Translations under genes and position numbers: made by a program
Notes under the pieces: model-generated
Told to the model about the DNA's origin: nothing
Databases searched by the model: none
Seen by the model: the letters and a program-made list of their open reading frames with translations, nothing else
Assembly: GCA_964358645.1 (NCBI GenBank)
Contig: CAYHPW010000004.1
Coordinates: 25,889 to 89,888, forward strand
From: an uncultured Bacteriovoracaceae bacterium
GTDB taxonomy: Bacteria; Bdellovibrionota; UBA1018
Direction: 5' to 3'
Length of the DNA: 64,000 nt
Shown: positions 1 through 8,695 of the stretch, piece after piece
How positions within the stretch are numbered: position 1 is the first letter of the stretch
Layout of the letters: every line of letters begins with the position of its first letter

Positions 1-722
1 CCAGTCATGCCCCAGGTCTTTCCGAAAGTCCTGACAAGCACTGCACCAGGATCATGCTTTAGCCAACACTCATGCGGATGATCATATGAAAAGTGATCGT
101 AAACCTCGTCTGATATAACCTGCAGCCCTATCCGCCTTGCAGCTTGCGCAAGCGTTGAAATTTCTGCCGCCGTATAAGCAACACCGGTGGGATTCACCGG
201 GGAATTAAAAAGCAGCACTCCAGGACGTCCCTTCTTGGGATGTCCGCGCACTGAGCTAGACGCCGTGGCATTTACAGCACTTTCCAACCTTTCAGCAGTG
301 AACCTAAAATCAGGATAAGTATCGATCCACCTTGGCACTCCGCCAGCCAGACTGATCATATGTCCATAGGTCGCGAAATACGGGTCCGGCACGAATACAT
401 CAGTGCCAGGATCCACCAATGAAAGAAGCGCAAGCACTAGCCCACCGGATCCGCCAGCTACGGCTATCATATCTTCGCTGTGCACTCCTTCTTCTGACAA
501 GCTGGCCCTGATTGCCTCACGGAACTCAGGGACACCTCCTGTCACCGTGTATCTGTTACGTCCTTCTAGAATCGACTTTATAGCAACATCCTTTACCCGC
601 TGTGGAACATCAAAATGAGGTTGACCGAGTGAAAAATCAATCGGGTTTTTCATACTGGCAGCAAGCTCGAACATCTTGCGAACGCCAGAGGCCTCCAGGG
701 ATTTCATTCTTTCAGCAATCAT
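1..722 (-). CDS. PLP-dependent class I/II aminotransferase (partial, 3' end outside window)
   Basis: Minus-strand translation of 1-120 gives VISDEVYDHFSYDHPHESVGLKHDPGAVLVRTFGKTWGMTG, which is the aminotransferase PLP-lysine region (SxSK / FGKTWGMTG). ATG at 722-720 overlaps the upstream stop as ATGA; N-terminus MIAERMKSLEASGVRKMFELA. Confidence 0.8.
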   Translation of the reverse strand, partial: MIAERMKSLEASGVRKMFELAASMKNPIDFSLGQPHFDVPQRVKDVAIKSILEGRNRYTVTGGVPEFREAIRASLSEEGVHSEDMIAVAGGSGGLVLALLSLVDPGTDVFVPDPYFATYGHMISLAGGVPRWIDTYPDFRFTAERLESAVNATASSSVRGHPKKGRPGVLLFNSPVNPTGVAYTAAEISTLAQAARRIGLQVISDEVYDHFSYDHPHECWLKHDPGAVLVRTFGKTWGMT

Positions 723-1528
723 ACAGAATCTCCATGCATCAAGCCGTAAAGCGCCGCTCCTATAGCACCACAATACTGGGCGTCCTTTGCCAAAATTATT
801 TTCTTACCAGGCAGTTGTTTACGAAATATTTTAAGCAATGCTGGATGATAATTCATCACTCCGCCTGAAAAAACAACTTTATCAGAACTGATGACTGTCA
901 TCTCAAGCACTCTTTTTACAACGGACATATAAAGTGCGTGGATCAGATTTTCAACTTTCTCACCTTGCATCAAAATCTTGATGACTTCTTGTCCGGCAAA
1001 TACCGTGCAATAGCTGTTTAACACGAGATCCTTGTCATGCTTCTTCTGAAGTCCTGACATTGCTTCAAGACTGATTTCCAAGCGATGCGCCAGCTCTTCG
1101 ATGTAGGCTCCTGTCCCGGCCGCACATTTGCGGTTCATCACGAAACTTCGTATTTCATCATCATCAGCTTGTATGACCTTGGAGTCCTGCCCGCCTATAT
1201 CTATTATAGTGAACGTTCCAGAGACATCCGTCTGGTGCCTGACACCGATATGGTGTGCTTTTATTTCCGTGAGCCTGTGCGAGGCAAAATTAAGATGATT
1301 CCTTCCGTAGCCAGTAACAGTGATAACATGCCCGTTTCTGACGGTCAGGTCATCACTTTCAAAAGGCGAGTCTGAAAGTGCCCTCTTCACATGCTCTATC
1401 AACGGAAACAGAGTTTTTTGTTTGGTCTTACTGATGATCTTCCCTGACTGATCACACGAGACGACCTTGATTTCTGAACTCCCGCAATCAACACCCCAGT
1501 AATGTTTACGCTTGGTTTTAGCCGCCAT
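719..1528 (-). CDS. BadF/BadG/BcrA/BcrD-type ATPase, HgdC-like activase (archerase) of 2-hydroxyacyl-CoA dehydratase family
   Basis: 269 aa. N-terminal HYWGVDCGSSEIKVV and TIIDIGGQDSKV actin-like ATPase motifs, CAAGTGAYIEE, about 260 aa like HgdC/YjiL. Translationally coupled to neighbours. Confidence 0.8.
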   Translation of the reverse strand: MAAKTKRKHYWGVDCGSSEIKVVSCDQSGKIISKTKQKTLFPLIEHVKRALSDSPFESDDLTVRNGHVITVTGYGRNHLNFASHRLTEIKAHHIGVRHQTDVSGTFTIIDIGGQDSKVIQADDDEIRSFVMNRKCAAGTGAYIEELAHRLEISLEAMSGLQKKHDKDLVLNSYCTVFAGQEVIKILMQGEKVENLIHALYMSVVKRVLEMTVISSDKVVFSGGVMNYHPALLKIFRKQLPGKKIILAKDAQYCGAIGAALYGLMHGDSV

Positions 1529-1538
1529 ATTTGCCCTC

Positions 1539-2726
1539 TTAGATCATCTCCAAAAAGGCCTCTATAAGATTTGTTGCCTGTTCATCCGAAAAACAGCGCA
1601 AATCGCACAGATCGCCATTGATAACCACGGACGGGATCCCATTTCCCCTCAGCCTGCCTGGCAAATTATATTGGCTATTGGTGTTGTTCGGGCAGGTCTT
1701 TGATTCGTGAAATATCACTCCGTCAATCGCGAATTCTTTGATTGTCTTTGAAATATACTTTTCTTTGAAAGAATCGTTTCGATTGATGAAAATTTCAAGA
1801 TAAGCTTTTGCCATGCTGGCGAGTGGATCTGTGGCGTCAAACGCGGAGAAGATCCAGCTATTGCAATAAGTAGACGCAACCACGCAGGCTCGATGTCTCT
1901 GAAAAAGTTCAGATAGATTCCTAAGCCTTCCCCATACCGGCATCCCATCCCAATAAATACGCTTCATTTCTCCATGGACCGAAGCAACACCCGCTTTGAT
2001 TCTCTCCTTCATGTCTTTTAAAAGATGCTTGTAAAATGTCACAGCTTCCTCGGTTCCACGAAGAACCACAATCGGACCCATGAATACGGTGGAGTCAAAG
2101 AAATTAAGTGGGCTTGGTTTATGAGCACCGGTCAATAAAACTTCATTCCATAGATCAGTCGCCTTCTTTGAAAGAGCGACCGTGTGCTTGAGTTTTTCTA
2201 CATCCATCTTTTTTCTGGCCAACGCCTCAAGACGAGCAATTAGATTCTTAAACTGTGCAACCACATCATCTATGTGCCATTTTTCAACATTAGATAAATG
2301 GTTTGGGCTATGTATGCCGATAAGAGGCACATTAAATTTCCTGCTATAAAACTCAAACCAATGCATCACGTCTTTGCACTGGTTCGTATTGTAAACAAGT
2401 ACGTCAGGCCTGGGCACGTTCTTTATGCCGTACGCTTTGGTAAGCGGGGTGACACCTTTCATACACGCGCCGACATCACTTGTAAGATAACTGCATATAT
2501 CAGGTGAATATCCAAGCGCATTGGCTGCTGGAATGGTTTCACCTGACATTCTAGAGGCCCCAAGCATGGCTCCGTGATTTTCTGGAAAGAACACCTCAAA
2601 ATCCATTGCGCGTAAAATTTCAGCCGGCCCGACAGATGTGCACCACGCGACCAGCCTCCGCGGATCCCTCGATGCGGCATCAAGATCCAGGAAGTAACGC
2701 TTCATCACTTCCTTTACATCGCTCAT
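1539..2726 (-). CDS. 2-hydroxyacyl-CoA dehydratase D-component family protein (HgdB/BcrB/C-like), single subunit
   Basis: 395 aa. Shares family architecture with the BcrC/BcrB-like ORFs at 15731-18177 (LVAWCTSVGPAEILRAMDFEVFFPENHGA, Cys-containing ICSYLTSDVGACMKG, DLCDLRCFSDEQA). Paired with the adjacent activase like E. coli yjiM/yjiL. Confidence 0.65.
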   Translation of the reverse strand: MSDVKEVMKRYFLDLDAASRDPRRLVAWCTSVGPAEILRAMDFEVFFPENHGAMLGASRMSGETIPAANALGYSPDICSYLTSDVGACMKGVTPLTKAYGIKNVPRPDVLVYNTNQCKDVMHWFEFYSRKFNVPLIGIHSPNHLSNVEKWHIDDVVAQFKNLIARLEALARKKMDVEKLKHTVALSKKATDLWNEVLLTGAHKPSPLNFFDSTVFMGPIVVLRGTEEAVTFYKHLLKDMKERIKAGVASVHGEMKRIYWDGMPVWGRLRNLSELFQRHRACVVASTYCNSWIFSAFDATDPLASMAKAYLEIFINRNDSFKEKYISKTIKEFAIDGVIFHESKTCPNNTNSQYNLPGRLRGNGIPSVVINGDLCDLRCFSDEQATNLIEAFLEMI

Positions 2727-3721
2727 TGTTTCTCCAGCAATCTTTTTACACAGCGATTAATAAAAACAGCAATCATTTTCTTCTTATATGAAGGCGGGAA
2801 AAATTCCTGCTTAAGCGGTGTAACTGCTTTTGTAACCTCATGGCAAGCATTCAGAAGCATTTCATCAAAACCAACTGATTCATTAGTTGAAAAATTTAAA
2901 AGTACAGGGTGCGTATCCGCTCCACTCACCGCCACTCCCATGGACCATATCCCATGCACATCCGAAAGGCTAACCGCCACGCCAAGCGATGGAAAATCTA
3001 TCGCATTTCTGATCCTAAGTTTTTCGTAAGCTATCCGCTCGTACCGCGGCACGCGGACCTCCACATGTGTCAGAATCTCGCCCTTCTCAAGCCTGTTACG
3101 CTCAATCCCGTCCTTGATATAGAACTCAGCAAGCGGAACATGAATATAGCCGCTCGGCCCAGCGACCGACAAACGCGCATCCATGAGCATAAGCACGGGA
3201 GCAAGATCTGAAACGAAACGGGCCCTACATAAAGGTGCCTTGCCACGGACCGCGTTAGGTATCAAATGGCAAGCTTCACCACCGGATTTGAAGCACTCAC
3301 CGTGAGCCTTCCTGTTTGTCTCACTCTGATTGAAGAATATACAACGATTATTGACAAGAAGGTTCCCACCCGCGGTCGCCCTGTTGCGAATCTGCCTGGT
3401 CGCGACCAGGCTCGCTGCTTCAGAAACGGATGGTAGGAGCTTTCTGACAATGTTATTACCGATCAACTCATCAAGCGTTGTTTGAGAGCCGATGGAAACC
3501 GTTCTCTCATTCCTAAGCGCCACGCCACCAAGCTCCTTGATAGCTGTTAGCGAGATGATCGAGGAAGGGGCTATCAAACGGTTCTTAAGCAAAGGCACCA
3601 AATCAGTGCCACCACTACAAAAATTAAATTCCTCACTATCGGAAGCTAGTTTGCCGGCGATGCCTACCGCTTCATCCAGTGCGGTAGGCCGATAATATCT
3701 AAAGCCCGCCATCAGCGCCAT
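2723..3721 (-). CDS. hcrB: Molybdo-flavoprotein FAD-binding subunit with Cys-rich insertion (4-hydroxybenzoyl-CoA reductase beta, HcrB-like)
   Basis: CoxM/XdhB-like FAD subunit (FNFCSGGTDLVPLLK, ATAGGNL). A four-Cys insertion (C140, C156, C164, C178: NNRC...GEC...EAC...PLC) is typical of the extra [4Fe-4S] loop of HcrB. Start chosen at MALMAGFRYYRP (ATG 3721), one nt after the hcrA stop. Confidence 0.7.
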   Translation of the reverse strand: MALMAGFRYYRPTALDEAVGIAGKLASDSEEFNFCSGGTDLVPLLKNRLIAPSSIISLTAIKELGGVALRNERTVSIGSQTTLDELIGNNIVRKLLPSVSEAASLVATRQIRNRATAGGNLLVNNRCIFFNQSETNRKAHGECFKSGGEACHLIPNAVRGKAPLCRARFVSDLAPVLMLMDARLSVAGPSGYIHVPLAEFYIKDGIERNRLEKGEILTHVEVRVPRYERIAYEKLRIRNAIDFPSLGVAVSLSDVHGIWSMGVAVSGADTHPVLLNFSTNESVGFDEMLLNACHEVTKAVTPLKQEFFPPSYKKKMIAVFINRCVKRLLEKQ

Positions 3722-3722
3722 G

Positions 3723-6167
3723 TTAGCGGCCTCCCTCGCGGACTTTCGAAATCGCCTCAAGAACTTTATCGGGGGTCATCGGCACCGACATGAGCCTGAT
3801 CCCAACAGCATCGTAAATCGCGTTCGCCACGGAGGGCACAAGCGGCGCAAGAGCGCCCTCGCCTACTTCCTTAGCGCCGAAAGGGCCTTCGCTTTCGTCG
3901 CTCCTAGGACAAATGATGTCAATCTTGGGCTGCTCAAAAGGCGATGGGATCTTGTATTCAAGGAACGAAGGATTCTGAATAGCTCCATCGACGTAGTTCA
4001 TGGACTCCATAAGCGCCTGTCCCAAACCCATATGTATCGAACCCTCGATCTGCCCTTCCACCGCAAGCGGATTTATCGGCGTTCCGCAATCATGCGCACA
4101 CGTAACTTTATCAACTTTAACAAAACCAGTATCTGGATCCACGCTCACTTCGGTTATAAACGCGGTAAAGCTGTAACTCGGGCTAAGCCCCGCCCCTGCG
4201 CCCTTGAACTTGCCGCCCATTTTTGGCGAAACATAAATTCCACTAGCTTGAAGGGCACCTCCTTCAAGCGCTTTAGAAACAGCCTCCATGTAACTAATAC
4301 TTTTTCCGCTACCAGAGGCGCTACCAGATGCGCTCACACATCCTATCTTCATGTCCTTGAATATAAACCCATCCGAATAATCCGGATTAGGACCAAGATA
4401 TACGCTGCTGAAATCAGGTTTTCTCCCACCTTGTCTAAAAAAATTCACAGGCTCTTCCGGCCTTTTGTAGACTGGCGGCGGCAATCCCATCAGCTTACAA
4501 GCGGCTTCGGTGAGCGCCTTTCGCATTCTTATAGCGGCATTCCTGGCGGCATTGCCAGCCATGAATGTAACCCGTGAACTGTAACTGCCAAAATCAACCG
4601 GGCAAAGTCGCGTATCCGCGGCAATAATTTTTATCATCGAAAGCGGGATGCCGAGCACCTCTGCCACCATCATCGCTATGACAGTGTCACTGCCCTGGCC
4701 AATGTCAGAGGCACCGGTATAAACCGTCACACCGCCGTCAAAATCTATGGTGAGCCTGACAGTGGACTGAGTCGCCTCGCTCTTGTCCTTACCGCCCTGA
4801 TTGTTCCAAAGTATTGGAAGCGCGCTTCCGCTGATAAAAAAACCGCAGGCAACACCAATGCCTTTTCCGTACGGGAGTTTTCCATGCTTCTCTCCATATT
4901 TTTCTCGCCATCCTGAACGCTCCATCGCGGTCTTAAGGCCCTCTGATAGCCCGCAAGAAGTGATCCTGAACTCATTCGCGGTAATCGTGTTTTCCTGGAG
5001 CAAAAACTTAAGCCTGGCTTCGCACGGATCTATTCCAGCTTTCACGCATGCCATATCAAGCAACACTTCGCTTGCGAAACGTGGGTTCACACCTCCATGG
5101 CCGCGCATGGCCCCACACATCGGCTTATTGGTATATACCCTGTCACATTTAAATGAAAAATTTGGTACCCTGTACGGTCCCTGAAGAAGCACGCCATTGT
5201 AATACGAGGTCACCACACCGAAGCTGCCATATGCCCCGCCGTCAATCAGTGCCTCAGTCTCCAGTGCTGTGATGCCGCATTCAGGATGAAGCCCAAGCTT
5301 CATTTTAATCTCAGTCGGGTGCCTGCCATGATTTGTGAAAAAAACTTCCTCACGCGAGAGCGCTAGTTTTGTATTCCTACCGGTCATAAGCGCGAGCTTC
5401 GCGCATATCATCTCATGGCCAAATGGATCGCTCTTGCCGCCGAAGCCACCACCGAGAAAAGGCTTCACTACCCTGATTCGGTGAAGCGGGAACTCAAGAA
5501 CTTCCGACAAAGCAATATGAAGATAATGCGGCACCTGAGTCGATGAATAGACCGTGAGATCGCCGCTTCCGTCGATTTCCACTTGTGTGGCATGCGGTTC
5601 TGTAAAAGCATGATTGAGTGGTTTAAATTCAAAACTGCCTTCAACCACGGCGCTGGCATTCTTGAATCCTTCACTCATGTCACCAAACTGCTGATGCGCG
5701 GATTTGTGAAGATTTGTATCCCGTTTAAGTTCAGGATGTATAGTGGACCCTGTTTTTTCAAGAGCCTGCCTTGAATCCAGGCACGGCTTGATGTCAGTGT
5801 ACTTCACATATATCAAGCGCATGGCTTCTTCCGCGGCTTTGGCATTTTCGGCCGCGACCGCTGCCACAGGCTCACCTATGTACCTCACAACGTCCTTCGC
5901 TATCGCTGGCTCATCCTTGCTGATCGGTAAAACGCCAAACGTGTTTTTAAAATCCTTCCCGGTGATAGCGGCCTTAACACCCGGAAACCGTTCTGCCAGC
6001 GTGGTGTCTATCTCCTTAATCTTCGCGCTTGCACGCGTTGAGCGCAGGATCCTTACGATCAACGGATTATGTAGAACAATATCGTCAGTGTACTGGGCGC
6101 GGCCCGTCACTTTATCAAGTGATCCGAGACATGGAGTAGGTTTTCCTATGACATTGTATCCGCTCAT
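3723..6167 (-). CDS. hcrA: Xanthine-dehydrogenase-family molybdopterin-binding large subunit (4-hydroxybenzoyl-CoA reductase alpha, HcrA-like)
   Basis: About 815 aa. N-terminus MSGYNVIGKPTPCLGSLDKVTGRAQYTDD, GGGFGGK motif, and the GAMRGHG active-site region. Start set at ATG 6167, preceded by GAGGAAG RBS; the ORF track gives a longer 6233 start. Confidence 0.8.
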   Translation of the reverse strand: MSGYNVIGKPTPCLGSLDKVTGRAQYTDDIVLHNPLIVRILRSTRASAKIKEIDTTLAERFPGVKAAITGKDFKNTFGVLPISKDEPAIAKDVVRYIGEPVAAVAAENAKAAEEAMRLIYVKYTDIKPCLDSRQALEKTGSTIHPELKRDTNLHKSAHQQFGDMSEGFKNASAVVEGSFEFKPLNHAFTEPHATQVEIDGSGDLTVYSSTQVPHYLHIALSEVLEFPLHRIRVVKPFLGGGFGGKSDPFGHEMICAKLALMTGRNTKLALSREEVFFTNHGRHPTEIKMKLGLHPECGITALETEALIDGGAYGSFGVVTSYYNGVLLQGPYRVPNFSFKCDRVYTNKPMCGAMRGHGGVNPRFASEVLLDMACVKAGIDPCEARLKFLLQENTITANEFRITSCGLSEGLKTAMERSGWREKYGEKHGKLPYGKGIGVACGFFISGSALPILWNNQGGKDKSEATQSTVRLTIDFDGGVTVYTGASDIGQGSDTVIAMMVAEVLGIPLSMIKIIAADTRLCPVDFGSYSSRVTFMAGNAARNAAIRMRKALTEAACKLMGLPPPVYKRPEEPVNFFRQGGRKPDFSSVYLGPNPDYSDGFIFKDMKIGCVSASGSASGSGKSISYMEAVSKALEGGALQASGIYVSPKMGGKFKGAGAGLSPSYSFTAFITEVSVDPDTGFVKVDKVTCAHDCGTPINPLAVEGQIEGSIHMGLGQALMESMNYVDGAIQNPSFLEYKIPSPFEQPKIDIICPRSDESEGPFGAKEVGEGALAPLVPSVANAIYDAVGIRLMSVPMTPDKVLEAISKVREGGR

Positions 6168-6183
6168 TAGCGCTTCCTCGAAT

Positions 6184-6693
6184 TCACGGCGAATCACTGG
6201 CCCGCATTTTTTTTGCAGCTTCCGCGACCGCATTCTCTATCTTCGTGTAACCGGTGCACCTACACACAGTGCCGGAAACACATTCCTTTATTTCTTCTTG
6301 TGAAGGATCCTTGTTTTCCTCCAGTAAATTGACAGCATTTAAAACCATGGCAGGCGTACAAAACCCGCATTGTATGGCGCCGGATGCGATCATTGATTCC
6401 TGCACCGGATGAAGCGAACCATCTTTTGCCACGCCTTCTATGGTCGTCACCTTCCTGCCATTTACTTCACAAGCAGGTAAAATACATGACAGTACCGGCT
6501 TCCCATCCAGAAGAACGCTGCAACACCCGCAATCACCGGTGTCACAGCCGCGCTTGACGCCAGTCAATTTAAGCTCATCTCTTAACATCTCAAGAAGTGT
6601 GGTTTCCGGCAAAACAGCACGGGCCATTTTAACGCCGTTCACCTCGATGTTAATAAGCTGCAACCGGCTTTGATCTGATGATTTATTCCTCAT
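6184..6693 (-). CDS. hcrC: [2Fe-2S]-binding small subunit of molybdo-enzyme (HcrC-like)
   Basis: GCDTGDCGCCSVLLDG and CGFCTPAMV ferredoxin-type and second 2Fe-2S motifs. Start placed at MRNKSS...INIEVNGVKM, since the track ORF begins further upstream inside the thiolase 3' region. Order C-A-B as in Thauera hcrCAB. Confidence 0.75.
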   Translation of the reverse strand: MRNKSSDQSRLQLINIEVNGVKMARAVLPETTLLEMLRDELKLTGVKRGCDTGDCGCCSVLLDGKPVLSCILPACEVNGRKVTTIEGVAKDGSLHPVQESMIASGAIQCGFCTPAMVLNAVNLLEENKDPSQEEIKECVSGTVCRCTGYTKIENAVAEAAKKMRASDSP

Positions 6694-6704
6694 ATTTATG
6701 GATT

Positions 6705-7886
6705 CTACCCCATGCGCCTCACAAGAGTCGCAACCCCTTGCCCGTGTCCGACACACATCGCTGTCACTCCGAATTCTTTATCGGTGCTTTCAAGAACATT
6801 GATCAATGTAGTGATTAAGCGCGTACCGGTGCACCCGAGTGGATGCCCAAGAGCGATAGCCCCTCCAAAGAGGTTGACTCTATCCTCTGAAATCTCAAGC
6901 TCACGCATGCATGCGATCGCCTGGGATGCGAATGCCTCATTCAGTTCAAAAACATCGATATCATTTACTTTAAAACCAGAGCGACCGAGAAGTTTTTGTA
7001 TCGCTGGAACGGGACCCATCCCCATAAGACAAGGATCAATACCAACGACCGCGTAATCCAAGATCTGCGCTCTCGCCTTTGCGCCAGTTCTTCTAAGCCC
7101 ATCCGCCGATAAAAGCGTAGTCAGACTGGCGCCGTCACTAAGCGGCGAGCTATTGCCAGCCGTGACCGTGCCGTTTTCTTTGAAGCTGCTCTTCAAAGCT
7201 AAAAGCGTCTCTATGTTTGTATCGGCACGAGGGAGCTGATCTTTTGAAAAAACACCATCAGGCGTAGTCACTGGGATTATCTCTCTGGCAAAGTGACCTT
7301 TGCTTTGTGCCTCAAGTGCCTTTTTGTGGCTTCGAAACGCGAACTCATCCTGCTCGCGCCTGCTGATGCCATAAACCTCGGCGACTTTTTCTGCAGTGAG
7401 CCCCATATTGTTAAAAGGGAATTCATACCGGCCAAGAAGCTCCTGGTTATAATCCAGCGCGGCCGCCATGGGCACGTGATGCATGTGTTCTACGCCGCCA
7501 GCTAAAATAATATCAGCATCACCACGGTCAAGCGTCATCGCGGCGAAATTAAGCGCCTGAAGACTGGATGCGCATAGCCTGTTGATAGTCACGCCTGGCA
7601 CTCTATCAGGCAGGCCGGCAAGCAAAGATGAAAGTCTAGCGATGTTCTTGCCCTGTTCCAGATGCTGACCAACGCAACCGATAAATACGTCATCAATAGC
7701 ATCTGGTGACACTGCTTTTGTCGTTGCTGCTTTTGTCGTTGCTGCTTTTGTCGTTGCTTCTTTTATGAGCATGGCAATGAGCGCATCCGCCCTTACGTTT
7801 CTTAAAGCACCCTTCTCAGGATGTGAACGACCTATCGCTGTCCTTCTTGCATCCACTACAAATGCATTTAGAAATTTTTTTTCCAC
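6705..7886 (-). CDS. Acetyl-CoA C-acyltransferase (thiolase)
   Basis: 393 aa. Active-site Cys motifs: NRLCASSLQAL, GHPLGCTGTRL, CVGHGQG. Contains an in-frame tandem repeat encoding TTKAA x3. Confidence 0.85.
   Translation of the reverse strand: MEKKFLNAFVVDARRTAIGRSHPEKGALRNVRADALIAMLIKEATTKAATTKAATTKAVSPDAIDDVFIGCVGQHLEQGKNIARLSSLLAGLPDRVPGVTINRLCASSLQALNFAAMTLDRGDADIILAGGVEHMHHVPMAAALDYNQELLGRYEFPFNNMGLTAEKVAEVYGISRREQDEFAFRSHKKALEAQSKGHFAREIIPVTTPDGVFSKDQLPRADTNIETLLALKSSFKENGTVTAGNSSPLSDGASLTTLLSADGLRRTGAKARAQILDYAVVGIDPCLMGMGPVPAIQKLLGRSGFKVNDIDVFELNEAFASQAIACMRELEISEDRVNLFGGAIALGHPLGCTGTRLITTLINVLESTDKEFGVTAMCVGHGQGVATLVRRMG
7712..7769. repeat. 15-bp tandem repeat (ctgcttttgtcgttg) x3 plus a degenerate fourth copy, in frame inside the thiolase CDS
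   Basis: Three perfect copies at 7712-7726, 7727-7741 and 7742-7756, followed by cttcttttatgag. The encoded peptide is ATTKAATTKAATTKAV. Confidence 0.9.
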
Positions 7887-7900
7887 CTACATTCCTCCCT

Positions 7901-8665
7901 TTAAAGCGACAAAATACCGCAGCTCTTGCCACCATCCACATGGAGCACCTGGCCCGTTATGAACCCAGCTTCCTCGGAAGCTAGAAAGGTAACCGCCGCA
8001 GCGATGTCATCAACACTGCCCATTTTGCCGGTGGGTTGCATCTTAAGCAGGCGTTCCCTTGCTTTGTCAGACATCCCTCTGGTCATTGGCGTATCAATCA
8101 GACCGGGCGCAACAGCGTTCACGTTTATATTGTAACGGGCGAACTCAAGCGCAAGTGTCTTTGTCAGGCTGACCATGCCACCCTTGCTTGCAGAATAATT
8201 GCTCTGGCCTATATTGCCAAGCCATGACCGCGACGTGATATTAACGATCTTTCCGCTAAGCCTTGCCTGCATGGCAGGGAATACGGCTTGGCAAAGCAAA
8301 AAAGCCCCCTTTAAGTTGACATTGATAACTGCGTCCCAGTCTTCCTCCGAAATGGATGATATAAATCCATCACGGATGATACCGGCGTTATTCACAAGAA
8401 CGTCTAGTTTGCCGAATTTTTTTAAAATGGATCCCACCACAGCCGTCACGTCATCTTTTTTAGCGACATCCCCGGTGAATGCAAACATCTGCTCTTTGCT
8501 ATTACCCTTAAAGCTACTGGCAGTAGCTTTAAGGGCCGCGCTGTCCATATCTATGAGCGCCACACTAGCGCCAAGACTTGCAAAACGTCCTGCTATCCCA
8601 GCACCAATCCCTTGCGCCGCTCCGGTGACGGCAACCACCTGACCTGAAAAATCACAGCATTTCAT
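7901..8665 (-). CDS. Short-chain dehydrogenase/reductase (3-oxoacyl reductase / 3-hydroxyacyl-CoA dehydrogenase type)
   Basis: 254 aa. VAVTGAAQGIGAGIA Rossmann motif, NNAG, and the S...YSASK catalytic triad pattern. Confidence 0.8.
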   Translation of the reverse strand: MKCCDFSGQVVAVTGAAQGIGAGIAGRFASLGASVALIDMDSAALKATASSFKGNSKEQMFAFTGDVAKKDDVTAVVGSILKKFGKLDVLVNNAGIIRDGFISSISEEDWDAVINVNLKGAFLLCQAVFPAMQARLSGKIVNITSRSWLGNIGQSNYSASKGGMVSLTKTLALEFARYNINVNAVAPGLIDTPMTRGMSDKARERLLKMQPTGKMGSVDDIAAAVTFLASEEAGFITGQVLHVDGGKSCGILSL

Positions 8666-8695
8666 AGTACCTTTCCTGATACCTCTCTGAAAACT

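Noticed and set aside
3720-4577. 285-aa plus-strand ORF
   Set aside because: Antisense to the strongly supported Mo-subunit gene. Arg/His-rich junk-like composition and no domain.
5743-6303. 186-aa plus-strand ORF
   Set aside because: Antisense to the hcrA/hcrC-like genes. Ser/Ala-rich with no motifs.
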